This document shows positions 1-14,950 of a stretch of 64,000 bases of DNA, piece after piece. Under the pieces are notes generated by a model. It saw only the letters and a list, made by a program, of their open reading frames with translations. It did no database searches and was not told where the DNA came from. The DNA is from Bugula neritina. Taxonomy: Eukaryota > Animalia > Bryozoa. The stretch is from assembly GCA_964035545.1 (NCBI GenBank), contig OZ037766.1, forward strand, positions 9,228,722 to 9,292,721. Direction: 5' to 3'. The translations under genes were made by a program, and so were the position numbers. Within the stretch, counting starts at the first letter, position 1, and each line of letters begins with the position of its first letter.

Positions 1-3000
1 AGGCTCTAGCAATAGTCTAAGGGCAATTTGCAATAGTCCTGGAACGATGCAAGCAGCGGCCTTTTTCTAGGTGACAGTTACTAGATTATATACTAGTTTA
101 TAGGCTGTTAGATATTGTACCAGCTGAGTACATGCTATATATGATATTATTAGGAGATCTGCAACCTTGGGCCGCAGAAGAAGAAAGTCTAGATGAGCTT
201 TCACCTGTTGCTTCAACGTCAGGTGCCAAGTTGTCTTATAATGCAATCAATCAAAATAAAATAAGATGAAAGGAACCGTATTACCATGTTGGTTTGATGT
301 CCCTGTATTTTGACTTGAATATGTTATAATAAAAAATACATCAAGGTACAGCCTATTTGAATTAATAGTATTTGATTAATTGATTAATTATATAAGCTCC
401 ATCGTATAGCATTTACCTATGAAGATATAATGTGTCTCCACAGGTCAGTTCTGACCATACAATGGGTAAACATACACCAACATATTTTAAATACATAAAA
501 TGGTGTGTTAAAAAGCTTTGATTCAACATAGCAGATAGAATTCTTCTGCACCACGATTATAAGCAAATCAATGCATGAGGATTACAGTAAAAAACTAATT
601 TATTCATGCATATGAAAAACTGTGTAATTTTGCTTTTACAAAATTTTTATTAATATAATAAGTGACAACCAGTTGTTAAAGTTAAACTCTGGCAATATAG
701 AAATTAATTTTCAATAAAATTGAATTTAAAGAGTAATTTATTAAAATCAATTTTGCTAATAAGGATAAATATTTCATCTGGTAAATTTGAAAAATCTTTC
801 TATAGTCTATCTTTTACAGTTGCTGCTTACACATTTTAACTTATGCACATTTCAAACTAAACAACCCAGTCTTTCGAGTTATCTAAGCATACACTGGAAG
901 AGTTTGAATCAGCTAATCAGCTTGCAGGCAAGAAAACATTTAAGTTGTTAGATTTAACTGTAACTTGTATGACACACTTTTTCGCACAAGGCATTATTTT
1001 CGTATAGCAATTTACTTGTGTTTAATGATGTAGTCTTAACTTTTGAAATAATAATCTTTATGAATTAGGCCGCTTATTTTGAAGTTTAGATATCTTTATG
1101 AAATAAGTTGTGTAATTTTGAAACAGCGCTGCTAATATCTATCAATAAAAATAACATATTTGTATGTAAAAAATATTGATACTGGAGCTACTTCCTGCAA
1201 ACAATTTAGTATTTTTGAAGGGACTTTCTTAATTAGGGTAGAAACTAATGCAGTAAAACAAAAAACAGGAAAATATTGACAATGATGGTTAGGCTATGCA
1301 TGTTTTGTCAGACACTAATTTTATACACAAACCTAAACCTTGGCACACTTAGGTGTTGCCATAGTTATCACTATATTATTATATATATCCACATGCACTG
1401 TAAATATCAATATAAGTATATATAAATCTATGTCAGTATGAATATATTATAAACATGCACACAACACTCACACACTTATTGTTAGATAAAAATAACAAAT
1501 TGTAAGGCAAGTGAATACAGTATATGCTTTCATTGTTTTCACCACCATAAAAGAACTGCCCATAGTACAGGCAAATTGCATTCCATCAAATTATTTATGG
1601 GGTTTTCACCCCTTTTTTCCAATCTCCACAGGGAGCCAACTCATTATTTAGAAAGACAACTCCACTGCCTTACTTTATCCGCTAGCTAAGAGGGATAATT
1701 CCAGATGATGGATTTCTTGTAGTTTCTTTTTTAATCATTCTAGTCATCTCAACACTAAGGAACTGATCATCACTGTTGGTAGTTTTAAGGTATGTGCGCT
1801 TTGGACCAACTTCAAGTGTGTAGTTGTTGAAACAAATCGTAGTACTTGTTGAATATGTCTTATGCCCTAAAAGATTGGTTCATAACCCAAAAGTCATTAC
1901 AAGCTGGATAGAAGTGGTCCAATAACGTTTGCAGTCTCCCAGATTTTGAATAACAAATGCATTGGATCATACATGTAACTTTCCACAATACAATATATTT
2001 ATAGCAAAATTTATCATCAATAAGCTAAAACTTTCTGCTTGGGTCAAAAGTTATTTAGTCTGTACATATTTCAATTTGCAGTAAAATTTACCACTTTACT
2101 AATCTATACAAATATTGCTTCATCTTTTATGGCTTCGACATTAAATTTTCCTGCACATATAGAAGATGGTGAAACATAGATTAACTTTATCTAACTTGTA
2201 GCACAACTGTCACCATCTGCTCCTTTATTTTAGAACAAGTTGTCTCGTGGTTAAAAAAAAATTCTCTACTGTCTCAGAGTATTTCAAGTCTACAGAGACC
2301 AAATGCTTCCATACAATCGTTTAAAATTATCAGCTAAATTAGTGAACTGGTAAAAACTAGCTTCTTTGGTTTCTGTATTTAAGAACTGTGACATTCATAC
2401 CAGCAATATTTTATTAATTTGGTTCTTAAAGAACAAATAAAGAAAATAACTAAAATGAAGAATTATAATTATGACAATTAATATTAGTGTTTCCGATGAC
2501 AGTAATTGGCACTGATGAGATTTTTGCAATTATTTTCAAATTTAGAAAGCAGTGTTTTAATATTAGGCTGACTTTTTACGTTTGGTGCATTATATACAAG
2601 TAAGCTGCTTTATACTACAGTAATTTAAGAATGTGCATGTAAATAGTCCTGGTGTAGCAGCTACAGGATTTCTTCAGTAGATATTATGCATTGCACAAAT
2701 TACAACATGTAAGCACCTTTTCCTGTTGAAAACCAGTGATAATAAAATGTTACATTTTCTCTATTGATAAATTATAGGGAACATGTAATGCCAAAATAAT
2801 TGCATAAAAATGGTCGCCTAGTGTGTTTAAAATGTTATTGAACCCTTTTTCTCAAAATAGCTGGCTAAGATAGCTGAATTCAGAAATTATTGATAAGGTG
2901 AACGGCAGTTATATTTTTCATTATTGATCTCTTGAATGCTACAGGGCTGTAGTAGTGGGTGAATAATGAAAAAATCTATGAAATACCTACCTACAAGTAC

Positions 3001-3620
3001 AGAACAAAGTAGAGGATAATGTAGCTTACAAACTGAAATGCTCACAAATTAGGTAGATAGCCCGAAACTTTTAAAACTGACAGAATTTATATTTACTAGT
3101 CTTATCAAAAAGTAGAAAGAAAAATATTCCTACAAACAATGAATTCGGGTAACAAAATTAGTGTAACATTTCCTTCTAGAACTGTGAGAAAATGCAACAA
3201 TAAACTCAGGGAAAAGAAGAGAATATGACATTATTGAGAATGACAAAGTAATTAGCCAATTAAAGAGTAAAATGAGTCAATTAGCATAGATAGAAACAGT
3301 TTCTCAGCTGTTGCAGTAAGCAATCAGTCAGTTAGCTGCCATTTGGTCAGCAAACAGACTGTAATGCAGTCAGCATAAGTAATAAGTAGGGTACTATAAA
3401 TAACAAGCAGTAAACATGCTGTGTTGGTGACCAGATGGTATTATCTGGAACATTACATTGGTGCACTATACATATAAAGTCATGAAACCGTTTATAATAA
3501 AGTTTCTGCAAAAACTATTGAACAACGGATGATAAAAAAGTGTGCTAAGTCAAGAAAGAAGTATATTAAGTGCTGGGCATCTACAGAACTTATGTAAGTG
3601 TCTGTAAAAGGCGTAGTTGG

Positions 3621-6600
3621 TCAATCTCCCTGGTTAGATGGATCACATTGCAGCAGTCTCACGATAGAAGGGTCACTCTTGGCTCCATCCAGAAATTCAT
3701 TGAACGACAACTTCCCATCCGCATTTTTATCCATCTGTCGAAATATTTTATCTACTCGCTTTTCTGGAGTCGATTCATCTTCTGGCATTTTCATCACAGA
3801 CCCCACCATTTTATAAATAGCCTGAAAGAGACACAACAGTATAATGTAAGCCTACGGCAAATACCAAAGGTGGCATTTACACATTCTAAATCAAAACTGT
3901 AGAGTGCATTTCATAATTCAATAACATGATATTAGAACTATTATTACCTATATATTCTTATTTGTACGCATAACAAACATATATTTTATCAGTTAAATTT
4001 TGAAGATGTTACCTAATCTTTATTGCCAGGTTCACATTTCAAAATATTTGGTCAAAATTTTATAAGTTATATGCGCCACATAAGTGATTACTTGGCACGC
4101 TATTTCATGACTGTATTTGCTAGTTGCTAAAATGAAAATTCAAATTTCATCTCATAATATTCTGCTATTTAAAGTAATTTTTCCCCCAATTTCAGTTGAA
4201 TATATTAAAACATAAATGTATATAAAAGTAATTATATTCAGGACACATGTACGCCATGAGCATATCTACGTAACATAATTATAGTTGTCTTATCATTAGC
4301 AAAACATGTTACTTCATCGAAATGGAATCAACCAGGTTCTAATGCAGCTAATATATTTGGATCACCATCCAGGAGTTTAGGGTTAGTATTCCTACATCAA
4401 TTTTTTCATTTCATCAACAGAAAATCTGCCAAAGATAATTTTGAACAAAAGGAATAAAAACACAGTAAAATTGAGACAAAGATTTTCCTATCACAACTGT
4501 AAATTTAGCCTGAATCAATAAGAAACAATGTTGATGAGTCTCCATATACATGCTTCTGGGTGAACAATAATTCTTTGGAAATAAGCCATTCAATATTACT
4601 GCTACCCACGACCTCAGAAAAGGTAAAACTAAAGAGGGCACACAAATAACAAATTCCAAGTTAATTTTTACTGTAATTGAAAATAATAATTTCACAGTGA
4701 TTAGATTAAATTCCATGTATTTCCGGAACATAAATGTGATCAAATGCTATCATGAGACTTTTTGGGTTACCTTTTGTTCACCAGCATCATGGGAAACTTT
4801 GCTATTACTAAATTTGCTGTAATAAAGCAAAAAGTTAATCAGTTTCAAACGCAGAGAAGAAAAGTCGTATTGATTTTGTATATGAAGTAATATAATTTTG
4901 TTGAGATTACTTCGTGGTATCCTGTATTCATATATTATAGGTAATTATTAGTTATTTTTACCCAAACTGAAACAAACTTTCCTATTCACTTTGATTGGAC
5001 CAATTAAAACTGTTCTTTCTAATAGGTTCATTTTTCAGACCAATCAAAAGCTTCACTTTTTAAAAAAATAATACTTCGCCATAATTCCATATGGTGGTGA
5101 ATGCTAAAAGAAACTCTGCAGTTCAAATCTTAAACCCTGTAACTATTTCTGTAATTCCACTATAACAGTGTCAGATAGTACAGAGGATTCACAAATTATA
5201 ATGATATGAAGCACTAAATACTGAAGCAATAAGAACCGAGTAAACTCCTATAATTCAACTTAATTTTGAGAAGTCACTATTATTCCGCCAGTGATCCTGA
5301 TAGTGCTACTACTTGCCGCGCATAGCATGGAGAAACAACCAACACCCTGACCATATTGACTTAACAATGTCTGCCATTCTCAAGATAAGAAGAAATAAGC
5401 TGGAGGACAGCCAAATAACGATGTTAATCATCACCAGTTCTACTACTACAGCTTTTGTGGATCTTTAAGAACGATCCTCACCTTCAGATTAAAAAAAATT
5501 AAGAATCTCAATAAAAGATTATAAAAAGCTGCATTGCAGTTGCTCATTAAAAGTGAAATAGAAGGATTGTTAGGTGAAGTGATTTTGTACATCATACTAA
5601 TGGCTTCAAATAAGCTGGTTGACGCAAACTTTTTAATTAGTAATATTAAAAGAGCAGGAAATCTACCAACAACTAACCTTGGCAGAGCACCTTAATATGT
5701 TATTCTCACAAGAGTTAGTAGCTAAGATTACTTCATGCGTATCAACCATACAGTATTATAGTATTTAGTGTACCACCAGAATTAGTGTGGTAAAGTATCA
5801 CCATGTATATAGTATGACTTAGTATGATGACACAACTTCCCTGGCCCTACGCCCTATTGCTATCAGCACGTAGTACTACCAGCATAAGTAGATTCCCAAG
5901 TATTAACCAATCTTATAGATTGTAAAGAGCATTGGCAGTAATAGTAACCTTGAGCAATCATCTACAACACATTCTGTTGAGCAATTCACACTTCTTAGCA
6001 AAATACATGTTAGGTCTACTATTTTCATAGTGTGAATAACACAAATTTCTATATAAACTTTCGACAGAAAAGAGTTCAAATCACAGCTCCCGTTGTGCAA
6101 TATGCAAGACAAGTCTTTAGAGGCAAGTGCAGCAATGCGGATACTGGGAAAACGCCTGTGTTCTAGGGGAAAAATGTAGTAAAGGAAGTTATGTTCCCCC
6201 AGGAGTCTTAAACCCCAGCCCAAACCAAAGTTTCCAAAGAAAATTAAATTTCCCCACTACTGCACCTAAGTATTTTTTAGTTACTTTGTGACACATTCAG
6301 TGACTTGACAGTATTTAAGGGCTACACTCAGTTAAAAGAAGGACAACTCTGCTCATAGTATGAAATGTAATAGCATCAGCACCACTACAGTTACATACTG
6401 AAGATGTTGGGAGAATGATTAGGCTTGTGGCATGGTTACTCAGCAGTGCAGTGTATGTAGTGGAACCAGCAACATACTTAATTGTGACGTAACGATGAGT
6501 TTTCGGAAAGGCTTGTCATATCTCAAGATGAACAGTAAATAACCAACTTGATAAGGGTACTGGTAGATCATTTAGTAGCAGAACGCAGTATATTAACCCA

Positions 6601-8554
6601 ACTTACTCACTCTAACCTAGTTTCTACTTGTAGAATATAAATCTAATTGGGGGAAGGGGTTGACTTTTACAAGTTACAGAAAGCATGATACTGTTCAAGA
6701 TCAACTAGCTACACACTACCTCTGTATTGTGAATTTCTTAAATGTTAAATATGTGGCTGGTTTTACTCAAGATCGCACAGTGATAAACAATGGTAGCTCT
6801 TGACATATGAGACTAGTCAACTACACCAGTTTGTAGAAATTTCCAATCTCAAGGTTGCTGTTTGTTTACTTCAATCTGAAGAGGAAAATAGCCAACAAAA
6901 TCTTGATTATTAGGTAACACTAACTGAATTCCATTTTCATTCTGATTCCAATATGCTAATACTAATACTGAGGCCAGTAAAAATATGAAATTCTAAATGA
7001 ATTTCCAAATGTAGCCGGGCTAACTTAGTTTACACCAAATTACTAACTTCCTTTCTAGGCTAAAACTCAAGGAGATGTTGAAACATGAAACAGTGGAAAC
7101 CGATAGCCACAGCATATCCATAGCACTAACACTGCTGTATACATAAAAAGTTGATGGTAGAATGAAAACTGGAAACAAATTTACCAACACTAGATAAAAG
7201 TGGTCACAAGTGTTAGTCAACGTCTGATGTGATATATAATCTATTGCAGTTTGTGCAGCTGCAAATTCTGCAAGCAACTTCAGGAGCTAAACGCAGGATA
7301 ATTGCAATGTGTATGGTGATTCCACTCTTAATTGACTATTTACCAAAGGTATATGCAAGTCCCTGAAGAGTATATTACCACTAGCTAAGCTCAGTTACTT
7401 ACAAGGCACTACATAAAGGATGGTATAGACCCGAGTAGCCTATACAATCCACCCACTCTCTGCTGGGACCCCTAGTGCTTATATTTCACTTTCCATACAT
7501 GTATTAGCTGACAATATAATATTATTTCATGCCATCACAACGCATGCTTCAGATGGCATGCTTCTAATGGTTTGAGGTCCATTGTTAGTTATGTCCAATA
7601 TCGATCTGTGTGAGTATAAAGCAGGTACCAACTATCATCATGCATAGCAGGTTCTACTGTATACTTTAGTTACTCTATTGTCACGTCAGTATTAAAAATC
7701 AAGTTTGTTGAATAACACTCTGGTTGTCAGGAAAAGAAATATAATGATGAGAAAGTATTGAACTAATTCAAGACAGCTTATTCCTATTCCAATGCCCTTT
7801 TTAGCATGTGAAATCAAAAACTATTGTACTAAATAGAAAAGGATATATAACTGCATTTAAGAATTTTTTTGAGATTTATAAAAATATTATGTGCTTTCAG
7901 CTAAAAGTTAGCTGCTTAAGTACGGGAATGAATGAATCTAAAAGAAGTTTCGTAGAACCAATTGTAGTAGAAAAAGAGGACCATTGAAATTCAACAACCA
8001 ACTGACAACATTTTGAAAACTGAGAAGCCGACATCTTCGAAAACCGACAAATTTAATGGAATTGCAAGACAACTCACAGTGCCTTAAGCAAAGAATTTAA
8101 AAACACAATTCTCAATTTCTGCTGAAATATAATTTAAACTTAATGCTTGACTACAGACTGTAAGGAAACTGCTTACCCTAACAATTTCCAGCATCTCACT
8201 TCGAGAAATGAATCCATTACCATCCAGATCGTACATACTGAATGCCCACTTCAGTTTCTGCTCCAGCTGCCCCCTCGATGTCACACTGAGTGCACAAATG
8301 AACTCTCTGAAATCAATTGTCCCGTCACGATTTGCATCAAACGTGCGAAATACGTGCTCAGCAAACTTTGATGCATCACCATAAGGAAAGAAGTTCCCAT
8401 ATATTTTCTTAAATTCTTCAACAGTCAAGTGTCCTGATGGACAATCTTTAAGGAACCCCTTATACCACTCTGTGATTTCCTCCTCGTTAAAAGAGGTTTG
8501 ATCCTTGAGGTCGCTAATAACTTCTGGTCGCAACTTGCTTGTCCCTTTACCCAT
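3621..8554 (-). CDS. Neurocalcin/hippocalcin-like neuronal calcium sensor (192 aa; coding exons 8554-8177 and 3821-3621)
   Basis: Myristoylation-type start [23 protein letters not shown] motif, EF-hand loops [24 protein letters not shown] and [13 protein letters not shown]-terminal [11 protein letters not shown]. Phase-0 GT-AG intron 8176-3822 joins MLEIVR|AIYKMV. Closest to the NCALD/HPCAL1/Drosophila Nca type. Confidence 0.95.
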
Positions 8555-11239
8555 GTCTGTAACAATCCAATCTTGTAGCACTTATGAAGGATTTCCAAAG
8601 ATACTATAATTTAAAGATACAGCACATTAATAGACTTGGACTCGAGCTCAATTGCCACACTGCGAGTCAATATACAATAAATATATTTATAAATGTATAA
8701 TATTTATATTACAAAAGCATTGCTACCACTCATATTGATTTTACACCAACTTTGCTATATTTATAGAAAAATTTAGGATTTACAATAAGAGACTGCATGT
8801 ATATAAGTAGCAATGACCAGTCTTATCTGAATATATCAAAGATAGCAATTAATGTAATTCTCTATTCACCTACCCAACAAGTGCTGAATACTAAAGTGTA
8901 AATACAGCTACTATGTCAAATAAAGGGACGGTTTGGCCAATCACAACTATTGAGTTATTCATATAGAGCTTACGTCAACATAAAGCAACTAGCAATGAGG
9001 AGATGCATGAATAATTGCCGCTTTTTCTTCAGCATTTGTGTATATAATGCAGTGGATGCAAATAGCAAATAAATATTAATGGGATTACATATCATGAATA
9101 AACATGAGCTACAAGCAAACCTTATGCAAACCGCTGCTAAGTCATTTTTCATAAAAACGATAGGGTTACCATCTCGAACTTGCTGTAGCATGCAGCAGTA
9201 GTAGATTGAGAATGTAATCCAAAAACACAAATTGAATACATGAAACTAAATCCCAGCAGTTTTAATCCAAATTTATTATGGTATTTTGATAAAAACAGCT
9301 TCTGAATTAATTCCAAAGCGCATATATACAAATTTTAAAATAATTAAACTTTTTAGGGGTTCAACTGTGAACATTGAGAAAAGTTGAAAAATTAAAAAAT
9401 AAAAACATCGCATGTCTAATATAAGCCAAAATTTTAGCTACAACAAACTGTTTTTGGAAGTTGTAGCAGAAAATAACAGTACGCTACATGAATGGAGTTA
9501 GTTGTGAAGGCCTGCACGCTGAGTGTATTGATAAATATACATTACTGATTGTACTCAAAGGCCTTATAAAAGATGACATAAATTATTAGAAATTCCTGTA
9601 TATAGGAAATAACTTTTCCAGCATTCTCAAGCAGTAGCTGCATAAATGACTCACTAAATCATTAAATTTCCTACGGTGTTTGGCCAAATGAAAACGGCAC
9701 ATTTTAAACCTTTTTGCTACAAAAAAGTGGTAGCTTATTGTATCTAATAAGTATGAAGATGCACATGATACGATAGTTTTGCCATTTTATAACCTAAAAG
9801 AAATGGATTATTTTAAAAAAAATTGAGAACTTTTTTAACTAGTTTTTCAATCATTTTTTGAAAGGCCACTACGTGAAAACTTAAATAACATAAAACTGTA
9901 GTCAATATTTACCAGAATTATATAATTTAAACTTCGCAAATAAATGTAGAGCAAAGAAGTTGGGCCAAAGTTTAAATTGCTAAGTTTTTACAGCAATGAT
10001 AATATATTTAAATGGTGGAGTTGGAAAAGATGGAAGTCTTAAAACTGAGGGATCATAAAGTTACGTGGTTGCCATTGATTTTACAATAAAAAAGTAATCA
10101 ATCATCATATTGTAAAAGAAAATTGGAAAAGGCGTAGCATCAAGTCTACTAGCTAAGGAAATGACAAACCAAAGCTAATCAGGTAGATTGTTATAAAATT
10201 GCAAAAAAAGGAACAACTATCAACTGCTCTCAGCATAATCATTATAACAAACAGTACTTAAATCATTACTAAATTTAGTAAAATGATAAATAGATTCTAA
10301 AAAGGGTCAAGTCATTAATAGGTAAATTATAAACAATTCAACGCAGAAATAGCTTTGCTGTATTCAACTACAGCCAATAATTTTTTTGCATAATTCTTTT
10401 AACAAGTATAACCACGTGCAATATAAAAACTACTACACCACTATTTTCAAAATGAAACGTAATGAAATTTAGCAAGTGTTGCAGATGAACTACCATTCAG
10501 CTTCAGCTTTAAATAGTCATGGGTTATTGAGAACAGCTAACTGACAGCATATAATAACTGACGGGAAACTGTTTACAAACTGTAAGAATTTTCAATTGAT
10601 GACTAAACTAAGCACAAAAATTAGGCTTTCAACGTTAGGGCGTAGGTTCCTGTGCATACAATTATTGAATTTCCTTTAATGCAAATTATTAAACATTTAG
10701 CTATAAATTCACCAAATGAATATTTAATTGTAAGTCATTTGCCACTTTATTGAGGTGTGCTAAATAAGTTGAATAGCACAAAAATTTCGAGATATCTCAC
10801 TTTGGTACCATCAATTCACAAAGACAAATAAAGAAATTTTCTGTAATGACCAAATTTTTATTTTTGCCAGTCAGTGAACAGACAGGCCGATTTCAGTTTT
10901 AAAGCAGACAGAACAGTGTGAAAATAAGAAACCAGTTAGCAGTAGTTCTGCTCAACTATGTAATCCAACTGTACAGTCACTAAGAACTCAGAAATTCAAC
11001 ACTTTCTGATTTCCTCATAGATGAATATTTCGATGAGGATTCCAGAATAGTTTTGACCTAACCTTGTTACCTAAATTCCTATTTAGCTCTGATTAATTTA
11101 GTCACTCTAATATTGCATTTTACTTGAGATTTTGAAAACAACTTGGTAGTTGACTTTCCTACCTAACTCATGGTGACCTTGATTGCTGTGGTCTAGCATT
11201 TAGCTATAAAAAAAAACTTTTATAGTTTATAGTCCCTGT

Positions 11240-11355
11240 GAGAAAACCCCTGATGGAAGGGGTTTTTGTTAAATCGGGCTAAGGACTTGTTTAGATGAGG
11301 CACAGGAGCAATTATGACTGGATGCTCTTCCTAACATCACCAATGGCCTTTGGCT
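11240..11355 (-). mobile_element. Possible degenerate SINE/retroposon fragment
   Basis: Locally GC-richer patch with hairpin AAAACCCC-N8-GGGGTTTT and motif GGATGCTCTTCCTAAC. The motif resembles, from recollection only, the GGATGCCCTTCCTG motif of RTE-associated invertebrate SINEs. No second copy in the window. Confidence 0.3.
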
Positions 11356-11970
11356 TGAGAAGTTAAAAACACTAACTAGTTTTTAAGACAGCAAACATAT
11401 TTAAATGAATTGCATTAAATTCATAACTGTGATGATTTAGAGTGGTTATATCTCAAACAAAAACAAATTTCTTACTAGTTTAATAGTAAAAAAAATGAAA
11501 TTAAAAACTTCTCCTTTCCTTAGTTTTATAAAACTTGATAATTAAAATGCTAACAATTTTTTTCACCAGAAATTAAGGTCCAGCATTTATATTTCTGTGA
11601 ATTTTATCACACTCTACCTATACAAACAATGCACAATAATATTCATTAATGAAAACAACAGATAAATTATAGTGCAACCTAAACCAAAAATAAGATAAAG
11701 TTGTATCTAAATCTGAGTATATACACATAAAATACAAAAAGATATTTGTAGCAATTTATAACAACATGTTGTTTAACTACGCAGTAACCATCAACAACGA
11801 AATACATTAGATGTTCAGAATCTATACTCATGACTGAAAATATGTGATATTATAGAAGAGGTAAAAGGCCACATCAACATTTGTAATACCAAAATATTTT
11901 TACATATAATCTTAAAAAACCAGCTTTAAAAGTATTTTTGAGATACATGAATACATACACCATTTCAATT

Positions 11971-14950
11971 TTATACATCATTAGAACTGTTGGCTGTGAG
12001 CATAGAACAAAGTACGTTATCAGCTAAACAGCCATCTATGAACTCTTTCTTTGTAAGGACGCCATCTTTGTTTTTATCCATTTGAATAAAAATTCTCTCA
12101 GTTCTTTGCTCTGGTGTTTCCTGGGGTGCCTCTCTATCGCTGCTACTAACCATTCTGTATATTGCCTACAAAAAGTGCTTTAACTATACTCATTGCTGTA
12201 AATAGTTTACAATTATTTAGTTCAACTTCTATAAAATGTTCAAAGACCACGAGCATAAGAACTACGGTGATAGTTCAAACTAAAGTTGTTCATGTATTAG
12301 AAGATAACTTGTATCATACCTGATATTTGAAAACTGCTAAATGTGAATGTAAAGTAAATTTTGAAAAATTGAAAAACAGTTAATAACTTTTTAAACTTAA
12401 AGTAATAACTATTAGAATAACCATGTAAACTGTAAACCTTTGTCTGAGCACACTTATACAGTGGCAACACTGGATAGTCCATGTGCGACTTTTTGACAAC
12501 TCTACTCAGATACAGAGCTTTTATTAATAAATACACATCAATAGCACATCTTAAGCATCCAGCTTGGTAGTTAGTATAATTTAGGTGTGCATAACTGCGT
12601 TAGTAAAAAAAGTAAGTGTGTGATCTAGTTTTATCTGGTTGTCTACAACGTACATCAAAACACGATTAAAATATACCAACTACATATGTAAACCACATAT
12701 ATAAACTCATGAAGCTAATGTATTTTTTTAAAACAAAATTAACTCTTTATAATTAGTTACTAAACAATGAAAAATGAAGTTAAAATTACAATACAAGAAA
12801 ACTGGCCTATACAAAATATGGCATATACAGAATTTGTTCCACTTATCTAATGCCACTCAAAAGCTAGACATTTCTTTGCTGTTTCTTGTAAGGAAGTTGG
12901 TTTATTGCAGTTGTGAAACTTATACTATTTTAGTAGTTCAAATAGAAGCATAATAAATGGCATAACTTTGAGATAGTTAGATGGAAGGACAACTCCTATA
13001 TTGAAAGTGTTCATATCACCTTCTCTTGAAACTATGAAGCACAACTCCTAATACATAAACAACTGACCTTCTATTCCTTTTAAATTTCAGTATGATACAA
13101 AAGAACCCTTATTACGATACTCACACTAATAATTTGAACCATTTCAGCTTTCTCTATGGTCCCATTTCCATCAATGTCGTACATAGAGAAGGCCCAGTTG
13201 AGTTTGTCGGAAATTTTCCCAGAAGAAGTTATGTTTATAGCCAAAAGGAACTCCTTAAAATCTATAGTTCCACCATTGTCAGCATCAAATGTTCTAAATA
13301 CATGTTCACAAAATTCTTCAGCATTTCCACCAGGAAAAAACTCGGAGTATACTTCCAGAAACTTCTGTCTGCTCAGCTGGCCAGCTGGACAATCCCTCTA
13401 AAATTACAATGTTCTTACATTAAGTATTTGAACATCATATATACCATTAGCTTACTGAAAATAATGTTCTGACACACATACCACATATTTACATTACATC
13501 GTTTCAACATGATTGCAACTAGTTGATAATAATATAAGTATTCTCTCCAGCTCAAGTGGTGAAATACGGGCTGCGTGAAAAACATTCCCATAATCACTGG
13601 CTTCTACCTATCATGGTTGATTGTGTTCAGTGCATTTGTATCATAACTTTGGTCTTATTAGTTTCCTTCTCTTATTTGAAATGAATGTTAGAAAATTTGG
13701 CTACATTCAGGTCGCCTATCTAGTATCTACAACGGGTTGGGACTTTATTTTATTTATTTATCAAGTTAACCACTCACTACTCTACAACCATACTTTCTCT
13801 TGTTGTCAGTTTATTTTAATTTTGAACAGGTGTGTAATATATCAACACACCATCTCGGCTGCTAACAATTGAGAATGAATATGTTGATTATTTAACACAA
13901 ATACTGATAGCACCAGAAGAAATCAATGTCACTAACAAGCATGGCAAGTAGTCTTGTATTATTTTGTAACTTAGTAATGGCAACCTGCTTTTTCTACCTC
14001 TTAAGTGTATGAGCTACTCAGCCCAGATCAATTTGGCAGTTTTTTAATGAATTGACTGGCCTTGGATATAAGCTGAGCAGATGGATTTACCAAAATAGAA
14101 GTTTCACGTGTTTCCAGGTCCTGACTACAGGTGAAGTGAGATGAAGCATGAGGAGCTGGTGAGAGAAGTGCACATGGAGAGTGAAGGGGCGAACAAGTGC
14201 AGATTTCCTCTGAATTACAAGACTAGTTGAGCTACATCAAATAGCACTAAGGTTTAAGAGTAGTGATGGTGGCCAGCTGGTAGATGTGAAGAAGAATAAT
14301 TGGTATCAGAAAATATAATAGAAGTAAACTGGATGAAACCCTATTAGAGGATTAATTAATAGCAAGGTGCCTCTGTATTCAAACAGTTAGTTATTATAGC
14401 ACCGCTGAGCATCTATTTATCATTATACATATAGGTCATTATAAACAGGCTCAAAATAAAAGGTGAGTGAAGGCACCAATTAATGATTACAAATGTTGGC
14501 TGAAAACTAGGTTAAAATTGATTACGAGTAGTTCATCTACACCTTCATCAACATTAAGGATTGTTATGCATCATAAATTCTAGGGATAGCAACAGAAACG
14601 TAAAAACTGCAACAAATGTATATAATATTCTCTGATGCAGCATTTTTATATTATATACACCACAAAAAGAAACTTATATCATACAATAACATCAAAACTC
14701 ATTCATTGATTCATAGCCACACTGATCACAGAGTTGGTATATCATTTAGGACATTTTGTGCTGTTCAATACACACAAATAGCTCTTATAATGTTCGGTTT
14801 CTCAGTTAACTAAAAGGTAGATGAAGTCTACAGGCTACTCACCATAAAGCCTTTATACCATTGCTTGATTTGAGCTTTGCTGAAAGTAGTATTGGCTAAA
14901 AGAAAAGCTAGATCTTCCTTTGGAACATGTGATGAAGAACTTCCACCCAT
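11971..14950 (-). CDS. Neuronal calcium sensor 2-like protein (191 aa; exons 14950-14843, 13397-13125, 12165-11971)
   Basis: Three exons joined in phase 0 by GT-AG introns: MGGSSSSH...WYKGFM | [50 protein letters not shown]...[24 protein letters not shown] | AIYRMV...[17 protein letters not shown]. The middle exon was translated by hand (not in the ORF track). Confidence 0.92.

Noticed and set aside
1-270. Possible terminal exon(s) of a plus-strand gene (tag|GAGATCTG...TGA at 154-269)
   Set aside because: Frame ambiguous, no recognisable homology, and the upstream context is outside the window.
1560-1970. Coding-like minus-strand stretch (…VVFLNNELAPCGDWKKG…), faintly like a BEL/Pao integrase tail
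   Set aside because: Interrupted by stops and similarity too weak to call without a search.
11225-11290. HDV-like ribozyme candidate (AGTCC/GGACT pairing, GCTAA, hairpin)
   Set aside because: P1, P3 and P1.1 cannot be formed; at most a decayed retroposon piece.
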